A stretch of DNA of 63,350 bases, filler included, from Sanchytrium tribonematis (GCA_018985235.1; 18 parts of 18 records of this genome joined end to end with filler, not necessarily neighbours in it), one strand, 5' to 3'. Counted from the first letter of the whole stretch, positions 12,650 through 23,839 are shown. Translations and numbers: made by a program. Notes: generated from the sequence alone by a model not told the origin.

Positions 12650-13817
12650 ATGAAGTTTGAATATGAGTCACTAATGAATCCCTCAAAACAACAAAAAGCC
12701 ATTAGATTTGCCAAATTTCAAATCTTTAGGAACGCAAGAACAATTTCATTAGCAGTTGTTTTGATATTTGGATTCGTTGTATATCTCGCAACATCCGCAG
12801 TAGATACTGGCATTCAGACATCCAGCGAACCGAGAATCGCTATGATTCTTCCTTATACAGGTGAGCCTCCTGAATACGCGAGATACTTTTTTAAATCTGT
12901 CGAAAACAAAAAAAATGGATTTCTATTTCGTTTCCACAGAAAATAAGACTATCATACCAGAACAGCATCGACATCTAACCAATTTAAAGCAAATTTATTT
13001 GGATACTGAATTTTACGAATATGTAGCAAATCGATTATGTCAAGTTTACACCTGTACTGAAGAGGACAAACAGCGCATGATTCAAATATTCAAAATCAGA
13101 TTCCAGGTCAAGCATAACCTATCCGAGTTGAAGACATTTAGCCCTTTTATTTTCAATGACTATTTAAAAGATTATGATTATGTTGGATGGACAGACGTTG
13201 ATATTGCGTATGGTGATATCTCTATGTTGTACCCACACTTGAAGTATGATTTCATTACTATCTCAGTTGAGTCTGATGTAGGTATGCTTTACCTGCGAGG
13301 GCCGTTTACAATTATGCGTAACAGAATGGATGTTTTAAAGTCATTTAGTGAGTACATGTCTTTAGACTACTTTTTTAAGGTATTTAAGCCTACTAGTAAA
13401 GTCAGTGAGACAGAATTGGTGCGAGAGGAAGGCGGGTACTCGAAATATATCGTCAAATCCAAATATTCAACTGCATTTCTACCATTTAGATCAGAAACTT
13501 ACAGTTGCAGAAGAGTCATACATATTACTGGTCATCTGGAATGCTTAGATTATAAAAGCTCTAAAAAATTTAAGCCATTTGTTGCAGAAAATCCTGTAAT
13601 TTTTGATTTGCCAGATGGAATCGTCAAGAAATGTAATATTCACTGGGTTCCTAAAGAGGATAGAATGTGTATAAAAGCACCTTTCGGATTCACATTCACT
13701 AAAGATGGCATAGCAAAGGTATACAGACAAGAGAATCCCGGTAGTTATCATAAAATGCCATTACTTTATCATTACCAATTTCACAAAGCAAAGTTTAGAA
13801 TGGATTTTATTGAGTGA
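12650..13817 (+). pseudogene. Tandem DUF6625-like paralog (copy 2) with a +1 frameshift in an A8 run
   Basis: Colinear with copy 1, including the upstream region. AAC-A8-TGGAT at 12905-12920 versus AAC AAG AAG ATT GAT in copy 1. Otherwise open to the stop. Confidence 0.7.
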
Positions 13818-14439
13818 TTTGATAGACTAAATCAGTAAAGAAATCGTCATTCTCATGCCCCATTTTTGGTACTTTATGGCAATATTCTAAATACGGCAAA
13901 TCATAATTTCCCTCACAAATGTCATCATAAATTACAAATTCGTCAGTCATCTGCATATGTTGGAGTACAAGATGTACTGGCTTCCTAATCCAATTGGTAA
14001 TATGATAAGTGTCTTTGAGTACTTTTTTTCGTGCATCGTAAATGTCAAATTCCTCTTCGTCCAATTCTGAAGATTGAAGCAAATTTTGGGCTTCTTTTTC
14101 ATATTTACTGTGTTCAAACCACGTACCAAGTTCATATTGTGCCAATAAATCTGCTTCTGGGTCATTATTTCGGCGTAATAAATCCATCAAGGTCAAATCT
14201 AAAAAATCATCAAATTCATAAATTGGCGCATTATTTGATTTAAATTGAACATTTTCAAATTTCGAAATGGTATGCATGCCCAGTGTGATAAATGCGACAT
14301 CATGATTCTTTTGTAAGTCGTAAAACTTTTGAAAATCATTTCTTAAATAATACGAGTCATTTTGATAAACGCCAATAAATGTGTCATCTACATCAAAAAA
14401 GACTATTTTACATATTAAGATTGATAAAAGTATAAACAT
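13807..14439 (-). CDS. HAD-superfamily phosphatase-like protein with short hydrophobic N-terminus
   Basis: IVFFDVDDT (motif I DxD), FITLG (motif II), K, VIYDD (motif IV). 3' end overlaps DUF6625 copy 2 by 11 nt. Confidence 0.65.
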   Translation of the reverse strand: MFILLSILICKIVFFDVDDTFIGVYQNDSYYLRNDFQKFYDLQKNHDVAFITLGMHTISKFENVQFKSNNAPIYEFDDFLDLTLMDLLRRNNDPEADLLAQYELGTWFEHSKYEKEAQNLLQSSELDEEEFDIYDARKKVLKDTYHITNWIRKPVHLVLQHMQMTDEFVIYDDICEGNYDLPYLEYCHKVPKMGHENDDFFTDLVYQITQ

Positions 14440-14523
14440 GAGGATGGATGTGGACTATTTGACATTTTAAATAAGTGATTGCGACATTTGATCAGCTGGA
14501 TATTTCAATGATGCAAATATAAG

Positions 14524-14606
14524 CCAATCACATCTCATCTTTCTATTCGCCAATCATCTCTCAAAAAACCCATGATCCAATCAAATTACTCAAATCTCCT
14601 TTATAA
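14524..14606 (+). promoter_or_regulatory. H3 promoter: three CCAATC boxes and a TATA-like element
   Basis: CCAATC at 14524, 14550 and 14577 (26-27 bp spacing). TTTATAA at 14600, about 30 nt before the ATG. Confidence 0.55.
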
Positions 14607-14630
14607 TTCAATGATGCCCAAACTTCAAAA

Positions 14631-14987
14631 ATGGCAAGAACTAAACAAACTGCACGTAAATCTACTGGTGGTAAAGCACCAAGAAAACAATTAGCCACAA
14701 AAGCAGCTAGAAAATCAGCATTAAGAGAAATCAGAAGATATCAAAAATCCACTGAATTACTAATCAGGAAATTACCATTTCAAAGATTAGTGAGAGAAAT
14801 TGCACAAGATTTTAAAACTGATTTAAGATTTCAATCTTCTGCTATTGGTGCTTTACAAGAAGCATCAGAAGCTTATCTCGTTGGATTATTTGAAGATACA
14901 AATTTGGCTGCTATTCATGCTAAAAGAGTCACTATTCAAGTCAAAGATGTTCAATTGGCTAGAAGATTAAGAGGCGAAAAGGCTTAA
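14631..14987 (+). CDS. H3: Histone H3 (fungal-type core) lacking residues 30-47
   Basis: Canonical [16 protein letters not shown] joins directly to [14 protein letters not shown]. 118 aa versus 136 aa. SSAIG and TNLAAIHAK are fungal-type. Confidence 0.95.
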   Translation: MARTKQTARKSTGGKAPRKQLATKAARKSALREIRRYQKSTELLIRKLPFQRLVREIAQDFKTDLRFQSSAIGALQEASEAYLVGLFEDTNLAAIHAKRVTIQVKDVQLARRLRGEKA

Positions 14988-15234
14988 TAAATTGATGTTC
15001 ATATTATTTAATCTTTTGATAATCACGACGAGAAACATTTCGGCATTCCGGGGCGCATTTCTAACGGGTAAACAGATTAGCTTGCCTCAGCTTGCAAAAT
15101 CTTGCAAATCGCGCTCAGAGTTTACCGTATCTCTCATTGGTTCCATCCAAATTATATATATTACCAAACTCTGTTTACATCTATGTAGTTTAACAGATTA
15201 CAACATAAAAGGAGGAGATTCCCATAAATATAAG

Positions 15235-15879
15235 ATGATCTTCTCACTCCCAATTCTAGCGCTTCCAAATGACTCGCCTACAGTCACTCCTACAGATGGA
15301 TTTAGTGGAATCTTTAGACAACACCCATACAAATCCTACACAATGACCCATTCAAATCAAGCATTTACTGCTGCGAATGGAGTTGTTACTTGTAGTGCAG
15401 GAACAGTTCGGAATATTACTGCTGCAGATTGTGAAGGCAATCCAGTTGCTGCTCCAGACGTATACTCTCTTGATTTTTATGGAGAGAGCATCTGTTTGGT
15501 TGATCAATCAGGCGAATTATTTTGCGGAACAATTGGAGATGACGGAAACTTTTCTGTCGGTAAATTGGAAGTCAAGTACGGGAATGATGAAATCAATGTG
15601 ATTGATGTGAGATTATCTCAAGATGAAACTTATCCGTTTATGTGCGTCAAAGATACAAAAACAGATGTTTACTGTAAACATCTTGATCCTGAACCCAAAG
15701 CCACATGGATTTTATTGAAAGGATTGCAAGGTAAACAAATTGATACGATTCAAGCCAAAGACAACAAGATCTTTGCGCATAGTGCCACTCAAAATCAATG
15801 GATGAGTATCAAATTTGACAAAATAATCAATCAAGATGTCGGAAGCCAATATGCTGCAGTCGAGTCAGCCCCTCAATAA
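15235..15879 (+). CDS. Secreted tectonin-like beta-propeller (putative lectin)
   Basis: Short hydrophobic start MIFSLPILA. Repeats ICLVDQSGELFC and MCVKDTKTDVYC..W..L.G..I..I. Confidence 0.5.
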   Translation: MIFSLPILALPNDSPTVTPTDGFSGIFRQHPYKSYTMTHSNQAFTAANGVVTCSAGTVRNITAADCEGNPVAAPDVYSLDFYGESICLVDQSGELFCGTIGDDGNFSVGKLEVKYGNDEINVIDVRLSQDETYPFMCVKDTKTDVYCKHLDPEPKATWILLKGLQGKQIDTIQAKDNKIFAHSATQNQWMSIKFDKIINQDVGSQYAAVESAPQ

Positions 15880-15927
15880 ATTTATGAAATTCTTTTTTTT
15901 GACGTCGCTTTTTGAAACATTTGAAAA

Positions 15928-17674
15928 ATGTCTACTCCATGTAGTATTATTCAAACTACTCTATCAGCAGTAGGATATTACTTACAGCCAGATGTGAATT
16001 GTTGCACCAATAGCAATTTTCGATTAACTTGTGATTCAAACAGTCAAATCACAGAATTAAATTGGTCCAATATGAATTTATTTGGATCATTACCATCCAA
16101 TTTAGCAACAATTAGCACGTTAATCAAGGCAGATTTTAATGGAAACAAAGGGTTAACCAATTTTGACTCATTCTCAACATCTACTAGTTTGACATGGCTA
16201 GATATCTCAAATACAAATAGCCAATTGACTAAAATTCCCAATTCATTAACTACATTATATATGCAATCTAATGGTGTCACTAGTTTCTTATCTAGCACAT
16301 ATTGCCCAGTCCAACTAAAAGTATTAGATATTTCTGATAATCAAATCACTTCAATTCCTTGCGCATGGCCATTAACTGCATTATATGCACAGAATAACAA
16401 ATTGACTAGTACCGCAAACACGGCAGTAAGCACCATAAAATACTTGGATCTCTCTTTTAATAAATTAACAACCATTTCGAATGCACCATTAAATGCATTA
16501 GAATTGGCGTATCGTGGCAATAATTTGAATGATCTAGGGAGTATTTGTCAAGCTAGTGGAATGGTCTATTTAGATGTTGGTAAAAATTCAATTTCGACGA
16601 TCCCCGAGTGTTTAAACACGAATTTATTGGGATTGGCTGTAGATCATAATGTAATTAGTGATTTGAATACAAATACGACATTTTTATGCACTCATCAGAA
16701 AGTATCCTTTATTAATTTGGATAATAACATGTTAAATCGATATCCACAGTGTATGAATCATTTAACAGATATTGCGATTATTGGCAATTTAATGACCATT
16801 ACAAGTGATGGTATAGCTTCTACAGTCACTAAAAAAGGATTTACTCGATTTGTGGATATTCCAGAGACATACGACACCAATTCAACTGTATTTTCAAAAA
16901 CAACTTCTAAATATGCCAATAATGCCAATATTCCTACTACAGCACACTCAGATGTTGCAACAGATGCACCAGTGACTACGCAACCTAATTTATATACGAC
17001 AGATGATCAAGATGTGATTATTTTGACTAGAAATGTTGGAGATGAACCTGTTTCAACGAGTTCTATTTCTCCATTTGGAGTTGGAAATGTGCAAGAATTG
17101 CTATTTAATAAATCTGCAGGCGACCCATCTGCCTTGTTGGGTATCGCTTTAATCTGTTTTATGGTAGTCACTGCTGTTGGATTTCTAGTGACTTATTTGA
17201 TTCCTAGATTAAAAAGTAATGTGCCATTTTTATATGGAATTGCTGCTCATATTGGGTTGATTTTGGGTGAATTACATAGTTTTAGTTCATTTAATTTTGG
17301 TGTTGCTTTATTTGAAATGGGTAATTTATTTTAATCAAGGTTTTAGCATTGTTTTATTCAATAATGCATTTTTGCAATATTTTAGAAATCCACTCAAGGG
17401 TAATTCTATGAAATATATGATTGTGACATGTGTATATGGTGCATTTATAATTGCATTGAGCATGGGATTGTATTTTGGAATGTACCAATTGCAAGGAACC
17501 ACAGCTACTTGGTGGAAATTACTAACCGTGGCATTGAGTGGATTTAGATTGGTCGGACTATTGGTCTTTCTTTTATTGACCATGGAAAAAGAGAGCATGA
17601 TCAGAAACAGAGATATGATCATTTATTGCGTTTTAAATGGATTTGACACAATTTTATTGGCTGTGACATCTTGA
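15928..17674 (+). CDS. LRR ectodomain + Thr-rich stalk + about 6 TM receptor-like protein; join(15928..17320,17340..17674)
   Basis: Cys cap (C..CC..C..ITEL), many LxxLxLxxNxL repeats, hydrophobic helices. A 19-nt intron fuses two ORFs into 575 aa. Confidence 0.8.
17321..17339 (+). other. 19-nt spliceosomal intron
   Basis: GTAATTTATTTTAATCAAG. Removal gives FEM-G-FSIVLF and completes a TM helix. Contains an in-frame TAA. Confidence 0.75.
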
Positions 17675-17789
17675 TTGATTATTTTGTCANNNNNNNNNNN
17701 NNNNNNNNNNNNNNNNNNNNNNNNNNNNNNNNNTTAATTAATTAANNNNNNNNNNNNNNNNNNNNNNNNNNNNNNNNNNNNNNNNNNNN

Positions 17790-18214
17790 GGGTAATTTAG
17801 AATGCGAAAATAACGATCCGCACCTTGGAGACACATCCTTTTTGCAACATTTACATCGCCACAAATGACCATCAGGCTTTGATTTGTGCTTGATCAGGGT
17901 CATCGAACCATGCGTAAAGTTGTGAGGACATGTCATATTGACTGCAAAGATCCCTACTCTTTGTAAAATGAAAAACAATTCATCTGAATTGTGCAATTTC
18001 AAAATTTCAGGAATAGAATTCAAAATGGCTATGTCGTGTTCAAATGTGAAATATTCAGAAGTAGAGGTCATGAAGCAAGTGTTTGGGAAGGGACTTGAGC
18101 AATATTGAAGCATTTGCGACGAATAAAACATGTGATTTATTTTTCGTTTCATTTTTAACGTGCATGTCTCAGATTGTTTTAAATATGTAGATGGCTCATT
18201 CTAGACACATACCC
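17790..18214 (-). mobile_element. Merlin/ISXO2-like DNA transposon 5' end (copy A, cut by contig end)
   Basis: Near-identical to 59391-59815. Zn-ribbon CPHN..WRCKCCKK..S.R.GS.F..SKLP. Shared terminus GGGTATGTGTCTAGAATGAGCCATC. Confidence 0.85.
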
Positions 18215-18265
18215 AATTGGCAGACTTTGTTACATTGCTAGATTATGACAGTGTCGCTGTGATGG

Positions 18266-18295
18266 GTGAGTCTAGTGAGTCGGGTGAGTCGGGTG
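18266..18295 (+). repeat. 9-bp-period GTGAGTC repeats (likely subterminal repeats of another DNA transposon end)
   Basis: GTGAGTC at 18266, 18275 and 18284, preceded by CTGTGATGG. Confidence 0.5.
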
Positions 18296-18679
18296 CCCAA
18301 AATCAAAAATTAGAAACGTGGTTCCTCAGATCTTGTCAAAAGCTCACTAAAAATCCAATCGCGTCAATGAGTTGGAATATTTTGAGTCGTTTGGTTTTTA
18401 GTTTATTGTTAACGTTGAAATCATTCGCAATCGATAATAAGAAAGAATCTAAGACTGTGTTAAATATTGAGTGGAAGGGTACATTATTTAAGGAATTGAA
18501 TTTTTTACAACACTTTTACAGTAACGATCCAGATCCAGTACGTGTTCAAAATTATGATTTGTTATCTAAAGAAATACTAACATTATTATCATCTCGCTTT
18601 CATGAAATTCCGGAATCACAAGCACCAAATGCAAAAAGACAACGCACTTCCCAATCTGTAAATTAATAAATCATATATT

Positions 18680-19470
18680 TTATTCATTTGAATATGCCCA
18701 TGCCATTGTCAAATTACTAGATGCATACCAATCCCCAGTATCCCCATTCACAGTAGCCACTAAATATCCATTGGAAAGACTCGTGTATTTCCAACCCAGT
18801 TCTGATGTTCCCTCCCATGCTTCTAATCTTAAAACACCCATGTTATCTGCAGTATTTTTAGCCGGTGTGGTTGCATCAACACATTTAATAAACTGTTTGT
18901 TTAAATTGAGGGTTACGCCACACAAAATAGTCCCACTCATGGTCATTTGATCCAATTGGGTTTTTGGATATTTTATTTCAAATGTCATGACTGCATTTGG
19001 GGGATTGCTTAATGTGCCACAATAAATACCATCTTCTTTACTAATGCATAAAGAACCCGCATCGACTGCCATGGAATAAGATCCATCTGCAGAGGTAATT
19101 TGAACCCATTCTACATTCTCAGTGACAAATGGCGCACACCAAATTTGTTGATGGCTATTTGCCAAACACATCATGCCTGTAGATGCATCTATTTGGATTT
19201 CTTCAAGTGATCCACCGTCAATTTTACCAAAATCAACATCATAAGTGCCACTGTCATTCAATGTACCATCGATATTGTCAGTACATCTCACATCTGCTTC
19301 TCTTCCAATGACACAGGCATTAGCACCTTTAACAGTGATGTAATTCCCTTGAAATCCATCTTTTTGTTGTGGATCAGACCACGACGCACCCCCATCTGCT
19401 GTATATTGGCAATAATAAATCTCATCTTCTAACCCGACACCACATAATCGACCTACTCCAGGATTCTCTG
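18680..19470 (-). CDS. Tectonin-like beta-propeller protein (5'-partial)
   Basis: Frame is open to the contig edge. Repeats LCGVGLEDEIYYC..W, MCLANSHQQIWC..W, LCISKEDGIYC, LCGVT. Confidence 0.6.
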
Positions 19471-19570
19471 NNNNNNNNNNNNNNNNNNNNNNNNNNNNNN
19501 NNNNNNNNNNNNNNTTAATTAATTAANNNNNNNNNNNNNNNNNNNNNNNNNNNNNNNNNNNNNNNNNNNN

Positions 19571-20158
19571 GCGATATTTTATGCCATTAGCGCATTAAAA
19601 TCATCAAATCATTGGATATACACAATATTATTCTTTATTGCACTTGATTCCCAGCTAGTCATCACGTCTAGTTATGCCATTCTCAGAAATTACACATGTT
19701 TACATTATATCATTCGTATTTACTTTGTAGGTCTAGTCATTTTATCATGTACCACATTAAATATGGGATTATTATATTTAAATCCATATTGGGATTTTAT
19801 TGGAAATATTGGCATATACGTGACTGATATTTTATGCTCTAATTTAACAGGATATGTGGGATATCATATTTATAAAATGATTAAAAAGAATCCATTATAT
19901 CGCAACAATATAAAGCAAAAAACACTAAAAAATATTGCATTTGTGACATTTCCAATGATTTTAGTGTCTGCTTCCTTTATTTTCATTTGTAATTATTTGG
20001 GAGGATTTCTATTACAAAGTTGGTGTATATGCACTAGTATTTTGGTCATGGTTGTGTGCATTGTTGATTTTTTGGTCGAATTGAATAGGGGAATGGATGA
20101 TTTGGTAATTTATCGGGGTGAATTCAGTATTGCACTGAAAACAAGAAATATCGAATAA
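19571..20158 (+). CDS. Multi-pass membrane protein (5'-partial), function unknown
   Basis: Frame is open from the contig edge, with several hydrophobic helices. Confidence 0.55.
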   Translation, partial: AIFYAISALKSSNHWIYTILFFIALDSQLVITSSYAILRNYTCLHYIIRIYFVGLVILSCTTLNMGLLYLNPYWDFIGNIGIYVTDILCSNLTGYVGYHIYKMIKKNPLYRNNIKQKTLKNIAFVTFPMILVSASFIFICNYLGGFLLQSWCICTSILVMVVCIVDFLVELNRGMDDLVIYRGEFSIALKTRNIE

Positions 20159-20266
20159 ATTAGAAACCATATTTGAAGTGCTCTTTTATTTTTCATCGCA
20201 TCATTAGTACCAATCAGTAATACAAATTGCACCATCCAATTTGGCGATTTGATATCCCTGTGAGAC

Positions 20267-21245
20267 ATGAAGACACTTTCTATATTCTGCGTGTTTATAA
20301 TATTGATATTTATCTCATTTTTATTCGTAAATTCAATTGCAGATGACCATTTCATCAAGATATCTAAAATTGCATTTTGGGCAGGGATCCGACACGGATT
20401 GCAAGCTGATCATATCTGTGTTATTGACAATGTATCCCGTCAATTTATAGATCTAAATATTCATGATCCATTTATTGGATTATATTTTGCAATTGGACAT
20501 TCTATCATTGTATTTATTGCTGCATTATTTGCATTTAAAGCAATTAATGTGCCAGATATACAACAAAATGGAGAATTTATTGCATTAGTCATCAGCACAT
20601 CATTTTTAATCTTCATTGCATTTTTAAATTTGCAATTATTTTACAAATTATACCATAAATTGACAAATATCAAGAAAAACAAGGTAATTACAAATGAGCA
20701 TGTGTTTGAATTTGGAAGTGTTCTCAATTATTTATTCAGTCATTTGAATAAACCCTGGAAAATGTTTATATTAGGAAATTTATTTGGAATTGGATTGGGA
20801 TTTGAAGCAGCTTCTACAATTTTAGAGCTCTCAATGCGTGCTACTAAATCCAAATATCATCTACCCCGTGTTGAAATACTATGTTTTCCCATTTTATTCA
20901 GTTTGGGAATGTGTTTTGTCGATTTTTTAGATGGGATTTTTATGCTTAGATTATATCAATGGGCACTTGACAAGCCTGTTAAAAAACTATTTTTCAATCT
21001 CACTGTTACATTAATGGGTGTCATGATGGCATTTATAGTTAGTTTTATGCAAATATTGATGATTACAAGAAGAATTTTCAATTTTCAAGGATATTCCTGG
21101 GAGTTATTGTGGGTGGTCCATGATGCATCTGAATGGTTTGGTCTGAGTGTCATATTTTTATTCGTTGTCATTTGGATGATATTCTATTTCATATATAAAT
21201 TGCAATACAAACAAATTGTAAAAGAATACAAAATAAACCAATTTA
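20267..21245 (+). CDS. High-affinity nickel/cobalt transporter (NiCoT, Nic1/HoxN family), 3' end at contig edge
   Basis: GIRHGLQADHICVIDN (variant of RHAxDADH), FAIGHS, KPWKMF..G..FG.GLGF, DFLDG..M...Y.WA..P..K..FN. Confidence 0.85.
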
Positions 21246-21567
21246 NNNNNNNNNNNNNNNNNNNNNNNNNNNNNNNNNNNNNNNNNNNNTTAATTAATTA
21301 ANNNNNNNNNNNNNNNNNNNNNNNNNNNNNNNNNNNNNNNNNNNNGAGATATTGCCAGTGTCATCAAAATCAACATTTGTTATTTGGGATGGTTTGCAGT
21401 TTTGTATGAATAGCAAGTCATCTGATTGCTAGATGCCGTATTTGATTGGTTCGATTCAAATAAACTTGATTGTATGCGATTGTCCATAAATTGATCACCT
21501 TTGAAATCGACTCGTTTATTTTATTTTTCAAAACAATGCTTCAACATTAAAATTACCCATTTTTAAA

Positions 21568-23010
21568 ATGTACGCGCTATTCTCGACCATTTTAATTTCC
21601 ATCTCTGTAGATTGTCCCATCATCATCCAAATGGGATTAGATATGGATATCAAATACACCAATACAGCTTATCAAGTGCAATATGAAAATAATTGTTGTT
21701 TGGGAATTGGAGTTATTTGTGAAAATGAGCGTGTTGTTGAATTACATTGGTGGTTTACAACCAATTACAAACAAATCACTTACCCCATCATCCAATTACC
21801 TCCCTTATTGCGCGTATTAGATTTAAGAAGCAGTGGAAAATCATTGATTTTAAATCATTTACCAAATACTCTTAAAATATTGGATTTAAGTGGTGCTAGT
21901 GACATTATATTACAATTAAAGACCATACCTGATTTGGAATATATTAGTTTATGCCCATTCAAAGCAGATTCATCATTTTATTTACCTCGTCTCCCAAATT
22001 CATTAAAATACATCAATTTGAATAATTTCAAATTCAGCTATTTACCCATCAATCCAACCCAATTAACAGATTTATATGCCACCAATACCATGGATATCCC
22101 ACAACCCTTTCCCAATTTACCAGAATCTATTGAAAATATCAATTTATTCAATGCTCAATTATATGGTCCCATCTCTTTCAATTTCACAAATATCAAAATA
22201 TTATCACTCTACAATAATCATTTGAATGGTAATTTATCCATTACATCCCCTAATATCACATTATTAAATCTCGCTTTCAATTCATTTGATAATTTATTCA
22301 TGACACATCCAGAAAGAATCAAACAATGTAATTTAAATGGCAATTATTTTGATAAATCAAATATCAATATACTCGGTAAAATACCCAATTGTTATTATTC
22401 TGTAAAAACCACTAAATCACCAGATTGTGATAATTTTTATTTATTTCTAAAATACGCCAATTCAAATTTACTTTTAAATACAGAGTCAAATTGCTGTCAA
22501 GATCCATTCAATCGTGTTTTATGCACAAATAATCGAATCACCAGTCTAGATTTCTCAAATATGAATTTAAATGGTACATTCAATGCCACATTATTGCCAA
22601 ATACACTAGAATATTTGGAATTATCTAATAATGCATTCCATCATTCACTTCCCAATATGACCCATTTATCCAATTTAGTAGATTTGCGCATTTCAAATAA
22701 TAAATTAAGTGGTTCCTTGATGAATTTACTCCCAATTCATTTAAATACGCTATTTGCGAGTTATAATCAACTCAATGGCACGCTTCCCAACTTCAAACCA
22801 CTCTACACTTTATTGGTGTCACACAATCAATTTGAAACAGTTGAAAATGAGTGGCATCAAACGAGTTTAAAATCAATTGATGTTTCCTATAATCAAATCA
22901 GTGGAATCATTGATTTATTAAATTATAATGCACCCTTGTATTATCAATTTAAATTTAATTATAATTTCATTGATTTTATTCGTGTCAATGCACCCATTCA
23001 AGATATAGAT
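21568..23010 (+). CDS. Secreted LRR protein with two Cys-capped LRR modules (3'-partial)
   Basis: DC...CC...C...V..L cap occurs twice, followed by LRRs. Confidence 0.85.
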
Positions 23011-23110
23011 NNNNNNNNNNNNNNNNNNNNNNNNNNNNNNNNNNNNNNNNNNNNTTAATTAATTAANNNNNNNNNNNNNNNNNNNNNNNNNNNNNNNNNN
23101 NNNNNNNNNN

Positions 23111-23764
23111 TTAAATTTGGCAGAGGAATATGGAAATGTCAATCTTGAAATGCGTGAAATTGGCCTCTTGTCTGAAATATTCATAGATCCATATGTGGCA
23201 CATTATAAAAGAAGGAATTTGGTCCAATATTATCCTAAATTATATGATGGTGCTAAAATGTTGGCTGGAATAGTGAAGCACGGTGAATATAGCGAAGAAT
23301 TATACTTTCAGATATTCAATAGTGATGATTTTAAATCTGATGATATTATTAATTTGGAACCTGGTTGGACCCTGAATGCGTTTGATGAGTTGATTAAATA
23401 TTACGAATCTAAAGTATTGCAAGATGAAATCAAGGCAAATACAGTTATTACAACTGTCATTGATGCATACTGTCAATTGGATCGTGTATTTACTCAAAAT
23501 GAAGTGGATTGCATTGTGATGCGAGAATTGTATGAGAAAGTAAAAGCAGAGGATGCCACGCGAATTCCTCAATTATTAGAAGATTTGGCAGAAGTATTAT
23601 ACAGAAACAAATGCAAGTCAGACTACAGACCCGGAGAAGGAATTGAATTATTAAAAAAATATGGTATGGAAAAGTTTGTAAACACAATTCAATCACCCGT
23701 GCCAAAGAAATTAAATGCAAGATACATGGCATTTTACCAAAGTTTCCAGACAGTGAATAAATAA
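23111..23764 (+). CDS. Alpha-helical lineage-specific family protein (5'-partial)
   Basis: Open frame. Shares motifs with 46183-46971 and 59817-59944. Confidence 0.6.
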   Translation, partial: LNLAEEYGNVNLEMREIGLLSEIFIDPYVAHYKRRNLVQYYPKLYDGAKMLAGIVKHGEYSEELYFQIFNSDDFKSDDIINLEPGWTLNAFDELIKYYESKVLQDEIKANTVITTVIDAYCQLDRVFTQNEVDCIVMRELYEKVKAEDATRIPQLLEDLAEVLYRNKCKSDYRPGEGIELLKKYGMEKFVNTIQSPVPKKLNARYMAFYQSFQTVNK

Positions 23765-23839
23765 TAAAGTAAAATGTCCACGTTGCAGCGCACTCAATGA
23801 CGCACGTTATTAAATAGGCCATCAAACATTTTAAAAAAA

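Noticed and set aside
14992..15234. N-terminal extensions from TTG/GTG starts (e.g. 14992, 46922, 43704, 54634)
   Set aside because: Non-ATG starts chosen by the ORF finder and running through promoter-like DNA. Downstream ATGs give coherent proteins.
17321..17346. Alternative 26-nt intron using the TTTTAG acceptor
   Set aside because: Leads to a stop within about 20 codons. Only the 19-nt form joins the downstream TM ORF.
18217..18666. 149-aa ORF beside the Merlin end
   Set aside because: TTG start, and it runs through GTGAGTC repeats and probable TE junctions. Likely a chimeric or spurious frame.
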